Position numbers and translations under genes: made by a program
Virus record (IMG/VR): IMGVR_UViG_3300032235_000623
Location: 1 to 64,000 of that record
Reading direction: 5' to 3' (one strand)
Origin: a virus
Length of the DNA: 64,000 bases
Part shown: positions 29,498-38,319 of the stretch, one piece after another
Numbering within the stretch: position 1 is the first letter of the stretch
How the letters are laid out: the number at the start of each line of letters is the position of its first letter
Notes under the pieces: model-generated
Seen by the model: only the letters and a program-made list of their open reading frames with translations
Told to the model about the DNA's origin: nothing
The model's database searches: none

Positions 29498-31271
29498 TTT
29501 TAATGACCTCATAGATATACTAGACGGAGAAGAGTTTGAAGAACGTCCAGTAGATTTACGTACATTTGTTACCAGTCCAGAATACCTTGGACTCCCACCA
29601 CTTTCTGATTATCAATATACTTTAATTGAAAAGTCTTCTCAGATATACAAAGAGTCTACTCTTATTAAACTTTTTGGGGAAGAAGAAGGTCGAAGAATAT
29701 TTAAGCAAACATGCAATGAGATAATTGCACAGCTAGGCAAAGGTTCTGGAAAAGATTACTGCTCAACAATATCTGTTGCTTATCAAGTATATTTACTTTT
29801 ATGTCTAAAGGATCCAGCTTCGTACTACGGTAAGCCTCCAGGAGATACGATAGATATTCTTAATATTGCCATCAACGCACAGCAGGCAAATAATGTTTTC
29901 TTTAAGGGATTTAAAACAAGAATAGAAAGATGCCCGTGGTTTGCTGGCAAGTATGATCCAAAAGCATCTGAAATTAAATTTGATAAGAATGTAAGCGTGT
30001 ACTCTGGGCACTCAGAAAGAGAAGCCTGGGAAGGATATAACGTACTCACAGTAATCCTAGACGAAATATCTGGTTTCGCAACAGAAAATACCACTGGACA
30101 CGATCAGGCAAAAACCGCAGATGCAATATATGATATGTATAGAGGATCTGTTATTTCACGTTTTCCAGAGTATGGAAAAATTATTTTACTTTCATTTCCA
30201 AGATTTAAAAATGATCCGATACAAAAGTTTTATGAGTCTGTTATTGCAGAAAAAGAAGTTGTTGTAAGAACAAAAACATTAAAAATGGATGATGAATTGC
30301 CAGATGGAACTCAGGGTAATGAGATTACTGTTGAGTGGGAAGAAGATCACATCATATCTTACAAAATACCAAGAACCTATGCAATTAAGAGACCGTCATG
30401 GGAAGTGAATCCAACTAAAAGTATTGAGAATTATAAGGTAGAGTTTTATAAAAATATGCCAGATGCTCTTGGAAGATTTGCATGTATGCCATCAGAAGCC
30501 GTAGACGCTTTCTTTAAATCAAGAGATAAAATAGAAAAAGCTTTTAATAATACTGCACTCGCAGTTGATAGATTCGGTAGATTAGAAAGCTGGTTTGCTC
30601 CAGATCCAGACAAAGAATATTTTATACACGTAGACTTAGCTCAAAAACATGACCATTGCGCTGTTGCGATGTCACATGTTCAGAAGTGGGTAAATGTTAA
30701 GGTTACAGATTCTTACTCTCAGCCAGCCCCAATAGTTGAGGTTGATGCAGTCATGTACTGGACACCTACAACAGACAAATCTGTTGATTTTACTGAAGTC
30801 AAGGACTATATTCTTTCCCTAAGAACAGCTGGATTTAATATTAGGCTTTGTACATTTGACAGATGGAATTCTCATGATATGATGCAACAACTTAAGGCTT
30901 ATGGAATTAATACTGAAACTTTATCTGTTGCTAAAAAACATTATGATGACATGGCAATGATTGTGCTTGAAGAAAGACTTAGTGGCCCCAATATATCTCT
31001 TTTGATTGATGAATTGCTTCAGTTAAGAATTATGAGAGATAAGGTAGATCACCCAAGAAAAGGATCAAAAGACTTGTCTGACGCAGTGTGTGGCTCAATA
31101 TATAACGCTATTAGCATGACAAGGTTAAATTTAAATCAAGAAATTGATGTGCATACTTATGACTCTATTAAATATGATAACGTAGAGGATGAAGTAAGAT
31201 TAAATATGATTAGGGCTCCAAGGATGCCAAAAAATTTATCAGCAGTATTAGACGGGATGGAAATATTATGA
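29487..31271 (+). CDS. terL: Terminase large subunit
   Basis: GKGSGKD Walker A, VILDE Walker B, HVDLA nuclease, FDRWNS, DHP...SKD..DA. Confidence 0.9.
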   Translation: MDLDFNDLIDILDGEEFEERPVDLRTFVTSPEYLGLPPLSDYQYTLIEKSSQIYKESTLIKLFGEEEGRRIFKQTCNEIIAQLGKGSGKDYCSTISVAYQVYLLLCLKDPASYYGKPPGDTIDILNIAINAQQANNVFFKGFKTRIERCPWFAGKYDPKASEIKFDKNVSVYSGHSEREAWEGYNVLTVILDEISGFATENTTGHDQAKTADAIYDMYRGSVISRFPEYGKIILLSFPRFKNDPIQKFYESVIAEKEVVVRTKTLKMDDELPDGTQGNEITVEWEEDHIISYKIPRTYAIKRPSWEVNPTKSIENYKVEFYKNMPDALGRFACMPSEAVDAFFKSRDKIEKAFNNTALAVDRFGRLESWFAPDPDKEYFIHVDLAQKHDHCAVAMSHVQKWVNVKVTDSYSQPAPIVEVDAVMYWTPTTDKSVDFTEVKDYILSLRTAGFNIRLCTFDRWNSHDMMQQLKAYGINTETLSVAKKHYDDMAMIVLEERLSGPNISLLIDELLQLRIMRDKVDHPRKGSKDLSDAVCGSIYNAISMTRLNLNQEIDVHTYDSIKYDNVEDEVRLNMIRAPRMPKNLSAVLDGMEIL

Positions 31272-31519
31272 GTATATATCAAGATAAAGCAAAAGAGTGC
31301 AAATGCTGTGGAAAGCATGTGCCTCTTCCAACAGTTTTAAAAAGTTTTAATGGGATTACAGTTTGTCCAACAACCTTTGAAAATATTGTTGAGTATAAAA
31401 AGATATGGGATTCAATAGGTTCAAGACCGCCAGGTAGCATAAGAAAACATTTTTCTGAATATGTACAGCAAATTGTTGAGTCGATTGATACAGGAGGGGT
31501 AGAAGATGGCAGAATATGA
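31268..31519 (+). CDS. Hypothetical Cys-containing protein
   Basis: CKCCGKH...CP. Confidence 0.55.
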   Translation: MSIYQDKAKECKCCGKHVPLPTVLKSFNGITVCPTTFENIVEYKKIWDSIGSRPPGSIRKHFSEYVQQIVESIDTGGVEDGRI

Positions 31520-32543
31520 AATTAATGAAGAAGAAGTAAAAGAAGTAAGTGATCAATTTGATGAAACATTATTCCAGGCCATACTAGATAAATCCAGTAA
31601 CTCTAATTATGACTACAATGATGAAACTTTAAGATATATATATACAAACACTCTTGAAGAATCAGGTAAGAATACAAATACTCCATATGGCTTAGTTTAT
31701 GATTTTAATGAGAACGGATACAGATCAAATAGCTTTAAGGCTGGAACGGACATGCTCGTTACTGGTTGCTCATTTACCTTTGGATCTGGAATACCAACAG
31801 AATTACGTTGGGGTGACATACTATCAAAAAACTTAAATTTATCCTATTCCAATATGGCGATGCCTGGCAGTAGTGTAACTAGACAAGTTAGAGATATTTT
31901 TGCTTACTTTAAAGAATTTGGGCACCCAAAATATATATTTGCAATGTTTCCAGTTTTTAACAGAATGGAAATAATTTCAAACCCAAAGTATTTGATACCT
32001 GGTGCCTGGGAAAGATCTATAAAGAGAAAGAAAAAGTATAAAGCTTTAAGTACCGTGGATTTATATAGGCAAACATGTAATGTCAACATGGCACCTAGAG
32101 AACAAAAATTTTTAACTCAACCGTTAATCTTTGAGGATATCATGCCTTCAGAAATACCACAGTTCTATTCAAGCCTGCATGTATCAATGTTGCAACAGTA
32201 CTGCGACCTTGCTGGGATAAAGTTAATTTGGTCTACGTGGCATGATCCACAGAATAAAGTACTCAATTTAGTAAATCAAGAATATCCAGACACCTACAGG
32301 GGCATGGTAGACACTAATCCAGGTGGGTGGTCATTTAATAAAAAAACCAATGAGTCTGAATATAGAGAAAATAACGTTTTAATAAATTGTCATGAAGATT
32401 ACAAAATAATATCTGAAGACATGTTTCATACGGCAAGAGATATAGAATTTGGTATTGAGTGGGCACATTGGGGCACACATAGACATCTACATGTTGCTGA
32501 AGCATTCGAAAAATATTTTAAGGAAAACATACAAAATGATTAA
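31506..32543 (+). CDS. SGNH-like protein (paralog 1)
   Basis: Y.FNENGYRS, GCSFTFG, N.AMPGSS, C-terminal RD...HWG...H. Confidence 0.6.
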   Translation: MAEYEINEEEVKEVSDQFDETLFQAILDKSSNSNYDYNDETLRYIYTNTLEESGKNTNTPYGLVYDFNENGYRSNSFKAGTDMLVTGCSFTFGSGIPTELRWGDILSKNLNLSYSNMAMPGSSVTRQVRDIFAYFKEFGHPKYIFAMFPVFNRMEIISNPKYLIPGAWERSIKRKKKYKALSTVDLYRQTCNVNMAPREQKFLTQPLIFEDIMPSEIPQFYSSLHVSMLQQYCDLAGIKLIWSTWHDPQNKVLNLVNQEYPDTYRGMVDTNPGGWSFNKKTNESEYRENNVLINCHEDYKIISEDMFHTARDIEFGIEWAHWGTHRHLHVAEAFEKYFKENIQND

Positions 32544-32628
32544 AGATATACATAAATACATATATGTTTTTTATCAAAAGCTATTAAAGAAAAAAAGGGA
32601 TAAAAAGAAAACAGATTACACCTACTAG
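32536..32628 (+). CDS. Basic micro-peptide ending in DYTY (30 aa)
   Basis: MIKDIHKYIYVFYQKLLKKKRDKKKTDYTY; AAGGA RBS; paralog at 35241. Confidence 0.55.
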   Translation: MIKDIHKYIYVFYQKLLKKKRDKKKTDYTY

Positions 32629-32633
32629 TGCTA

Positions 32634-32662
32634 TTGACTATATTGTATGTTAATTATATACT
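32634..32662 (+). promoter_or_regulatory. Promoter for tRNA(CAT)
   Basis: TTGACT-N17-TATACT. Confidence 0.65.
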
Positions 32663-32673
32663 ATTGACTACTA

Positions 32674-32747
32674 GCACCAGTAGCTTAGTTGGTCAGAGCC
32701 CCGAACTCATAATTCGGTAGTCGTAGGTTCAAGTCCTACCTGGTGTA
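32674..32747 (+). tRNA. tRNA with CAT anticodon (elongator Met or Ile2)
   Basis: Cloverleaf GCACCAG/CTGGTGT, CCGAA-CTCATAA-TTCGG, GGTTCAAGTCC; lacks initiator GGG/CCC stem. Confidence 0.9.
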
Positions 32748-32760
32748 CAAGGGAGAATAT

Positions 32761-33078
32761 ATGGAAGAAGAAGAGTATATGGAAAAACTGAGGCACTATA
32801 TAGAAATAGGTGCTATCAGAGAAGCTGGCATTGATCAAAATGGAGAGATAATATTTGAGATTGATGAAGAGCATACTAAAGAGTTAGCCCCAGAATTATG
32901 GGAAGCTCATATGGAGTACGTAGATGAAGCCTTTCTTGATATGTATAAAGATGGTTTAGTGGATATAGAATATGATGAAGAGCTAAATGCTACTGTTCAC
33001 TTTACTAAAGAGGGTTACGAGTTAGCTGCAGAAAAGGGCTTGATTCCAATAAATATGGATGACATACCAAATAACTAA
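32761..33078 (+). CDS. Acidic hypothetical protein
   Basis: GGGAG RBS then ATG at 32761. Confidence 0.65.
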   Translation: MEEEEYMEKLRHYIEIGAIREAGIDQNGEIIFEIDEEHTKELAPELWEAHMEYVDEAFLDMYKDGLVDIEYDEELNATVHFTKEGYELAAEKGLIPINMDDIPNN

Positions 33079-33079
33079 A

Positions 33080-33478
33080 ATGAATTTTGATGATGAAGTT
33101 TTCCAAGAGCGTAGATTTTTATTTCAAAATATAGCCTCTGTTTTACCAGATAATCCTTGGGTTATTAAAGCTACTGAAAAAATGAAAACTTATTCAAAAG
33201 ATGAATATTCTATTATGCTAAAAGAAGCATATGAATTTCAAGATGTATTTGATAGAGCAGTTCAATTAAATATCTCTGCAAAAACAGAAGAAGCACATGA
33301 GCTTTTTGTTTTATTCATTAAGCATATAAGATGGTTTTTTGAAATAGATAAAGAGTCTTATGACGAGCTACTAGAGCTTTGTAGTCCAAATATGAATCAA
33401 TTTCTTATTGTAAATAAATCATACTCTGATTTATTATTTGATATACTTAATGAGTATAGACTGGAAGTAGGAGTTTAA
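33080..33478 (+). CDS. TipAS-like helical protein
   Basis: YSKDEY.....E.......A.......EEAHEL......I..FF pattern resembles the TipAS antibiotic-recognition domain. Confidence 0.4.
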   Translation: MNFDDEVFQERRFLFQNIASVLPDNPWVIKATEKMKTYSKDEYSIMLKEAYEFQDVFDRAVQLNISAKTEEAHELFVLFIKHIRWFFEIDKESYDELLELCSPNMNQFLIVNKSYSDLLFDILNEYRLEVGV

Positions 33479-34443
33479 TGAAGGCAATCGTAGTAAAATC
33501 ATTTGGCGGTCCAGAGGTTATGGAGTATGTCGATTATCGAGATCCAACACCTGTAAAAAATCAAGTTTTGGTAGATACAAGAATGATAGGCGTCAACTAT
33601 GCAGATACCTATCAAACAGAGAATAGCTATTTGGTACAGTCTTTGCCACCAGTCATCCCTGGCATAGAGGCATCATTTATGATAGATGGTGATTTATTTG
33701 TTGGGCACACTTCAAGCGGTGCATATGCAGAAAAAATTCTTGTTAATAGAGATAGAATGTTTAAGGTGCCAGATGGTGTCAGTGAGCAGGAAGCACTCTC
33801 TGTAGTATGTCAGGGAACTACTGCATATGGAATAGTAAATGATATATGCAATATTAAAGATGGAGATTTGGTTTTAGTAAATGGAGCTTCAAGTGCAGTT
33901 GGCATGATACTAATTCAGCTATGCAAACTTTATGGCGCTACAGTCATAGGTGTTACTGGAAGTGAAAAGAAGATAGATTTTGTAAAAGACTTAGGTGCTG
34001 ACTTCGTATGCATTGATAGCATGTCTGAAATAAAAAAAATTACTGATTCAATTGGGAAAAAGCCAAAATTTATTTTAGAGTCTTACGGCGGTAAGCATTT
34101 CATGCAATACTATAGCATGCTAGATACTGCTGGTCATATATGTTCGTACGGTGCATCCTCTAGAGAAGGCTTGCCACCAATGCATATACGTGATCTTTTA
34201 AAGGATACCAAGATAGTTTCTGGATTCTGGGGAACTAAAATTTTTGCAGACTCAGAAAAATTATCTACTGCGGTTAACGATTTGTTTGATTTGATTAAAA
34301 ATAAAAAAATAAAAATTGTTATTGGAGATACAATGTATCTAAGCAATGCAAAGGAAATGCATGAAAAAATTAGAAACAGAGATACAGTTGGAAAGCTTAT
34401 TTTAATAAACGATATGAATGAAGCTTTAAAAAATGAAGTTTAG
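33478..34443 (+). CDS. NADPH:quinone oxidoreductase (MDR / zeta-crystallin family)
   Basis: FGGPEV, GVNYAD, PGIE, GAYAE, GASSAVG, GK..L. Confidence 0.9.
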   Translation: MKAIVVKSFGGPEVMEYVDYRDPTPVKNQVLVDTRMIGVNYADTYQTENSYLVQSLPPVIPGIEASFMIDGDLFVGHTSSGAYAEKILVNRDRMFKVPDGVSEQEALSVVCQGTTAYGIVNDICNIKDGDLVLVNGASSAVGMILIQLCKLYGATVIGVTGSEKKIDFVKDLGADFVCIDSMSEIKKITDSIGKKPKFILESYGGKHFMQYYSMLDTAGHICSYGASSREGLPPMHIRDLLKDTKIVSGFWGTKIFADSEKLSTAVNDLFDLIKNKKIKIVIGDTMYLSNAKEMHEKIRNRDTVGKLILINDMNEALKNEV

Positions 34444-35272
34444 CATTAGTAGTAATTTTACTGAAAATAAATATTTTGGTATTTTAAATCCAAATACTGA
34501 AGATTTTCTGATGCCATACGAAAAAGATCTTGGAATTGATCCAGACCACAGCCTAGTTTATAGCTATAATAATTTTGGTTTCAGGTGTGAAGATTTTGTA
34601 AAAAATCATAATGGGTTACATATACTTTTTGCGGGATGCTCTGAGACAGAGGGCGCTGCAAATAAACTAGAGGATACTTGGTCGCATATTTTATATAGCA
34701 AGATAAAAAAATCTGAAGACATGTCTGGCTACTATAACGTAGGTAAAGCTGGACTTACTATATCTGCAATTGTAATGAATATATTTCAATACATAGATGA
34801 TTTTGGATTGCCCGATTGTATTTTTGTGCAGTTTCCAGATCAAACAAGATACGTAACCTGGTCCCAAGAGGATGGGTTTTATCCAAAGTATCAGGTTTTA
34901 GGAGATAATGTAAGTAATATAGAGTGGGATATATTTTTTACCAAACATGACGATCCAAAAGCACTAAATATAAATATACTTTATAATTACCTATTGTTAA
35001 AAAATTTAATTCAGTTTTGTAAAATAAATAATATAAGATTAATCTGGTCTAGCTGGCACCATCCAAGTATTGAAAAATTTAGTTCTGATACCAGTTTGCT
35101 TGATGGCTATATAAACACAAGTACGCTTAATAAAGAGCATTGGGATATTAAAATAAAGGACTTAAAAGCAAGAGATGGATATCATTTTGGGAGAGGCTTT
35201 CATAAAATATGGGCTGACCAGTTCTATAAGGAGTTTTTAAATGATAAAGATCATAAAAAGAATAATAGTTAA
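34433..35272 (+). CDS. SGNH-like protein (paralog 2)
   Basis: YSYNNFGFR, GCSETEG, NVGKAG, RDGYHFG...H. Confidence 0.65.
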   Translation: MKFSISSNFTENKYFGILNPNTEDFLMPYEKDLGIDPDHSLVYSYNNFGFRCEDFVKNHNGLHILFAGCSETEGAANKLEDTWSHILYSKIKKSEDMSGYYNVGKAGLTISAIVMNIFQYIDDFGLPDCIFVQFPDQTRYVTWSQEDGFYPKYQVLGDNVSNIEWDIFFTKHDDPKALNINILYNYLLLKNLIQFCKINNIRLIWSSWHHPSIEKFSSDTSLLDGYINTSTLNKEHWDIKIKDLKARDGYHFGRGFHKIWADQFYKEFLNDKDHKKNNS

Positions 35273-35318
35273 AAGAAAAATAAAACAAATGTTAAAGAAG
35301 AATAGGTATACCTACTAA
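35241..35318 (+). CDS. Basic micro-peptide ending in RYTY (25 aa)
   Basis: MIKIIKRIIVKRKIKQMLKKNRYTY; AAGGAG RBS; TAATG coupling to carbamoyltransferase. Confidence 0.6.
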   Translation: MIKIIKRIIVKRKIKQMLKKNRYTY

Positions 35319-36757
35319 TGATTATTTTAGGCATTAATGAAACATCACACGATGCATCAATATCCTTGATAAAGGATGGTGAGATACTATTTGCTGGACA
35401 TGCTGAAAGATACAGTAAAAAAAAGAATGACTGGTATAACAATAATGAAATTTATCTTGATATGCTTAATTATGGAACACCAACCCATATAGCATACTAT
35501 GAGCATCCAAGATTAAAACAATCAAGAATTATGTTGAGAGGCGGTGCTTCAGACTGGAAGCCAAGCATACCATTTGATCTACCAGTTAAATACTTTAGTC
35601 ACCACTATTCTCATGCATGTGCTGGATATTATACAAGTAAATTTAAAGATGCAGTAATTGTTGTTCTTGATGCAATAGGTGAATGGAATACATCAACAAT
35701 ATGGGTAGGCGAAGGCGAAGAAGTTAAATCGGTAAAGAAATTTAATTATCCAACAAGTTTTGGTTTATTCTATTCTGCATTTACTAAGCTACTTGGCTTA
35801 AAGCCAAATGAAGAAGAATATATAATGATGGGGATGGCTGGGTACGGTGATCCAGACAGATACTTTGATAAAGTTAATTCTTATTTTCCATCAATTAGAA
35901 AACAAAAATATAATTTTCATAAAGGAATAAATGACTGGGATATTGAGATAACAGATCAAAATAAATTTGATATTGCAGCAGCAGTACAAAAAGTATATGA
36001 GCATAGACTTTTAGAATTTATGGAGTATGCAAAGATACTTACGGGGAAAACAAATCTTGTATTTATGGGTGGATGTGCATTAAATTGTTCTGCTAACACC
36101 AAACTATGGGATTTGTTTAATAATATTTGGATTATGCCAAATCCAGGAGATGCGGGTAGCTCATTGGGTGCAGCAGCAGCCTTATACGGCTCTCATTTAA
36201 ATTGGGAAGGCCCATATCTAGGCACTAATTTGCAAAGTAATTGGCCTAGACACGAAATACTAAAAGAGCTAAAAGAAAATAAAATTGTAGCGGTTGCGTC
36301 TGGAAGGGCAGAGTACGGTCCAAGAGCACTTGGTAATAGAAGTATATTGGCAGATCCAAGAGATCCTAATATTAAAGATAAGGTAAATCAAATTAAACAA
36401 AGAGAAAAGTTTAGGCCATTTGCCCCAGTTGTTTTAGAGCATTTTGCAAATGAATGGTTTGACATGCCAACAAGATCAACACCATATATGCAATATGCAG
36501 TTAGGTGCAAATATCCAGAAAAAATACCTTCTGTCGTACATGTCGACGGAACTTCAAGAGTCCAGACTGTAAATGAATATGACCACCCAGAACTACACAT
36601 GCTTCTCAGGCAGTGGTATTGGGAAACAGGCGTACCTATTTTATTAAATACTAGCTTAAATATTAAGGGTCAGCCACTCCTTAATGATCAAAATGATATA
36701 ATTGAGTGGCAAAATAGATATAACACTAAAATATACGGAGGAAATAATGTTTTATGA
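35318..36757 (+). CDS. O-carbamoyltransferase (NodU/CmcH/TobZ family)
   Basis: HDAS, ERY, HHYSHA, DAIGE, MGMAGYG, GGCALNC, GDAG, EYGPRALGNRSILADP, RE.FRPFAP, HVDGTSR.Q, LNTSLN. Confidence 0.95.
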   Translation: MIILGINETSHDASISLIKDGEILFAGHAERYSKKKNDWYNNNEIYLDMLNYGTPTHIAYYEHPRLKQSRIMLRGGASDWKPSIPFDLPVKYFSHHYSHACAGYYTSKFKDAVIVVLDAIGEWNTSTIWVGEGEEVKSVKKFNYPTSFGLFYSAFTKLLGLKPNEEEYIMMGMAGYGDPDRYFDKVNSYFPSIRKQKYNFHKGINDWDIEITDQNKFDIAAAVQKVYEHRLLEFMEYAKILTGKTNLVFMGGCALNCSANTKLWDLFNNIWIMPNPGDAGSSLGAAAALYGSHLNWEGPYLGTNLQSNWPRHEILKELKENKIVAVASGRAEYGPRALGNRSILADPRDPNIKDKVNQIKQREKFRPFAPVVLEHFANEWFDMPTRSTPYMQYAVRCKYPEKIPSVVHVDGTSRVQTVNEYDHPELHMLLRQWYWETGVPILLNTSLNIKGQPLLNDQNDIIEWQNRYNTKIYGGNNVL

Positions 36758-37529
36758 CAACCCAAATGTAGAAAAAGTTGGACACAAAGTTTATGTATAC
36801 AGGAATTTTGTTTCTCCAGAAAAAATGGCAGAGATAAATAAAATTTTAAAAGACATAAATGTTGATGATTTAAGAGTAGATACTTCAGATCACACGATAG
36901 ACTGGTATTACGATAAGTTTACTCAGCCTATTCCAGCTTTGTATGACGTATGGAAGGATTTAAATGATCTACTTCTTCCAGAATACTGTATTCACCCATG
37001 CCTTACCCTACTTAGTACTAAAGAGGGAGAAGAAATGTACGCTCACTCAGATAGTCCAGGAGAAGATATGGAAGACGAGCTTATTGCTTCAGATGTATGG
37101 AACACTTGTTGTGTTATCCACTACGGCGCTATAGTTTATTTTGGAGAATTTGAAGGCGGAGAGGTATACTATCCAAACTTAGATGCAGATGGTAACTTTG
37201 TAGGAAATGAAGAACCATTAAAGGCTGGCAATGAATTTAGAGTAAAGCCTAATGCTGGAGACTTGATAATTCATGGAGCTCATAGCGATACATATCATGG
37301 AGTTAAGAAGATAACATCTGGCGTAAGATATGCTTTCTCAAACTTTGTTTTACCAGTTGAAAAGAATCCAGGAACATTCCCAGTATGTGGTACTCCAGAA
37401 AATGAAGAAAGATGGAATAAGGGTCATGCAGAATGGCTAACACCAATTAATTTTAAATGGCAGCCTTCTGAAAAACTACAAAATGAAATAGACGCTGGAG
37501 TTACTGGCGTAAGATATAGAGATATGTAG
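36747..37529 (+). CDS. 2OG-Fe(II) oxygenase, prolyl-4-hydroxylase-like
   Basis: HSD, FEGGE, P.AGD, HGV..ITSG.RY; GGAGG RBS before 36747. Confidence 0.85.
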   Translation: MFYDNPNVEKVGHKVYVYRNFVSPEKMAEINKILKDINVDDLRVDTSDHTIDWYYDKFTQPIPALYDVWKDLNDLLLPEYCIHPCLTLLSTKEGEEMYAHSDSPGEDMEDELIASDVWNTCCVIHYGAIVYFGEFEGGEVYYPNLDADGNFVGNEEPLKAGNEFRVKPNAGDLIIHGAHSDTYHGVKKITSGVRYAFSNFVLPVEKNPGTFPVCGTPENEERWNKGHAEWLTPINFKWQPSEKLQNEIDAGVTGVRYRDM

Positions 37530-37579
37530 TCTATACCTATAGACAAAATCAGCGACTAATAGTATTATTAGGTTACTAA

Positions 37580-37655
37580 GCCTTTGTAGCTCAGCGGACA
37601 GAGCAGTAGCCTTCTAAGCTATTGGTCGCTGGTTCGATTCCAGCCAAAGGCGCCA
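37580..37655 (+). tRNA. tRNA-Arg(TCT)
   Basis: Cloverleaf, loop CTTCTAA, encoded CCA. Confidence 0.95.
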
Positions 37656-37656
37656 T

Positions 37657-37729
37657 TGGGGATTAGCTCAGCAGGCAGAGCGGGAAGCTGTTAACTTCTA
37701 GGTCGCTGGTTCGAATCCAGCATCCCCAG
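37657..37729 (+). tRNA. tRNA-Asn(GTT)
   Basis: TGGGGAT/ATCCCCA acceptor, loop CTGTTAA. Confidence 0.95.
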
Positions 37730-37741
37730 CAAAACATATTT

Positions 37742-37814
37742 GCCCCTATAGCTCAGTTGGTAGAGCAACAGACTTTTAATCTGTGGGTCGTAGGATCGAT
37801 GCCTACTGGGGGTA
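37742..37814 (+). tRNA. tRNA-Lys(TTT)
   Basis: Loop CTTTTAA; atypical T-loop ATCGATG. Confidence 0.9.
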
Positions 37815-37815
37815 C

Positions 37816-37939
37816 GATACTAAGGTTGCGTTGCAGGTATAGAGACTGACTCCCGACGGGGACAACTGGAGGTCAACGAGCTTATGTAAAGCCTCATGTA
37901 TCAGATTAATAAGTTAGTTTGCTCGTAGACTTATTAATC
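37816..37939 (+). ncRNA. Candidate structured ncRNA A (non-tRNA) in tRNA cluster
   Basis: GATAC/GTATC, CGTTG/CAACG, internal hairpins, 11-bp hairpin whose loop (GCTCGT) complements ACGAGC. Confidence 0.5.
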
Positions 37940-37943
37940 GCTT

Positions 37944-38014
37944 AGGGTCTAAGTGTTACGGAAGCACTACCGTCTCCAAAGCGGTAAGCCTAGGTTCGAC
38001 TCCTAGAGACTCTG
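37944..38014 (+). tRNA. tRNA-Trp(CCA)
   Basis: AGGGTCT/AGACTCT, loop CTCCAAA. Confidence 0.9.
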
Positions 38015-38021
38015 CAGCAGA

Positions 38022-38153
38022 CCACACCTCTACACCTGCCGTCGGTTGCAGAAGTACGTGTGTGCAGTTCGGGCCTAGCTAGACGACTGCATTGTGTTGA
38101 GAACGCACAAGTACGAGCCTTACGGTGTGGCACTCTATAAACCGAGTTCTCAA
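38022..38153 (+). ncRNA. Candidate pseudoknotted ncRNA B in tRNA cluster
   Basis: CCACACC/GGTGTGG, GTAC/GTAC, TGCAGT/ACTGCA, TTGTG/CACAA, loop TTGAGAAC complementary to 3' GTTCTCAA. Confidence 0.6.
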
Positions 38154-38245
38154 GGAAGATTGGCTGAGTGGTCTAAAGCAATCGGTTGCTAACTGATCGT
38201 GGGAGTTAAATTTCACCATAGGTTCGAATCCTATATCTTCCGCCA
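38154..38245 (+). tRNA. tRNA-Ser(GCT)
   Basis: Long variable arm, loop TTGCTAA, encoded CCA. Confidence 0.95.
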
Positions 38246-38246
38246 A

Positions 38247-38319
38247 GCCCTTATAGCCCAGCGGTAGAGGCAGTGGACTTAAAATCCATACAGCGTTGGT
38301 TCGAATCCAACTAAGGGCA
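38247..38319 (+). tRNA. tRNA-Leu(TAA), short variable loop
   Basis: GCCCTTA/TAAGGGC, loop CTTAAAA. Confidence 0.9.

Noticed and set aside
20291-31271. Inteins or introns in DnaE, RecA, TerL
   Set aside because: Lengths are normal and no splicing motifs or interruptions seen
37831-37872. Glycine-riboswitch resemblance (CAGGTA...GACTG...GACG...CTGGAG)
   Set aside because: Lacks the GGAGA/CCGAAG core and has no downstream gene to regulate
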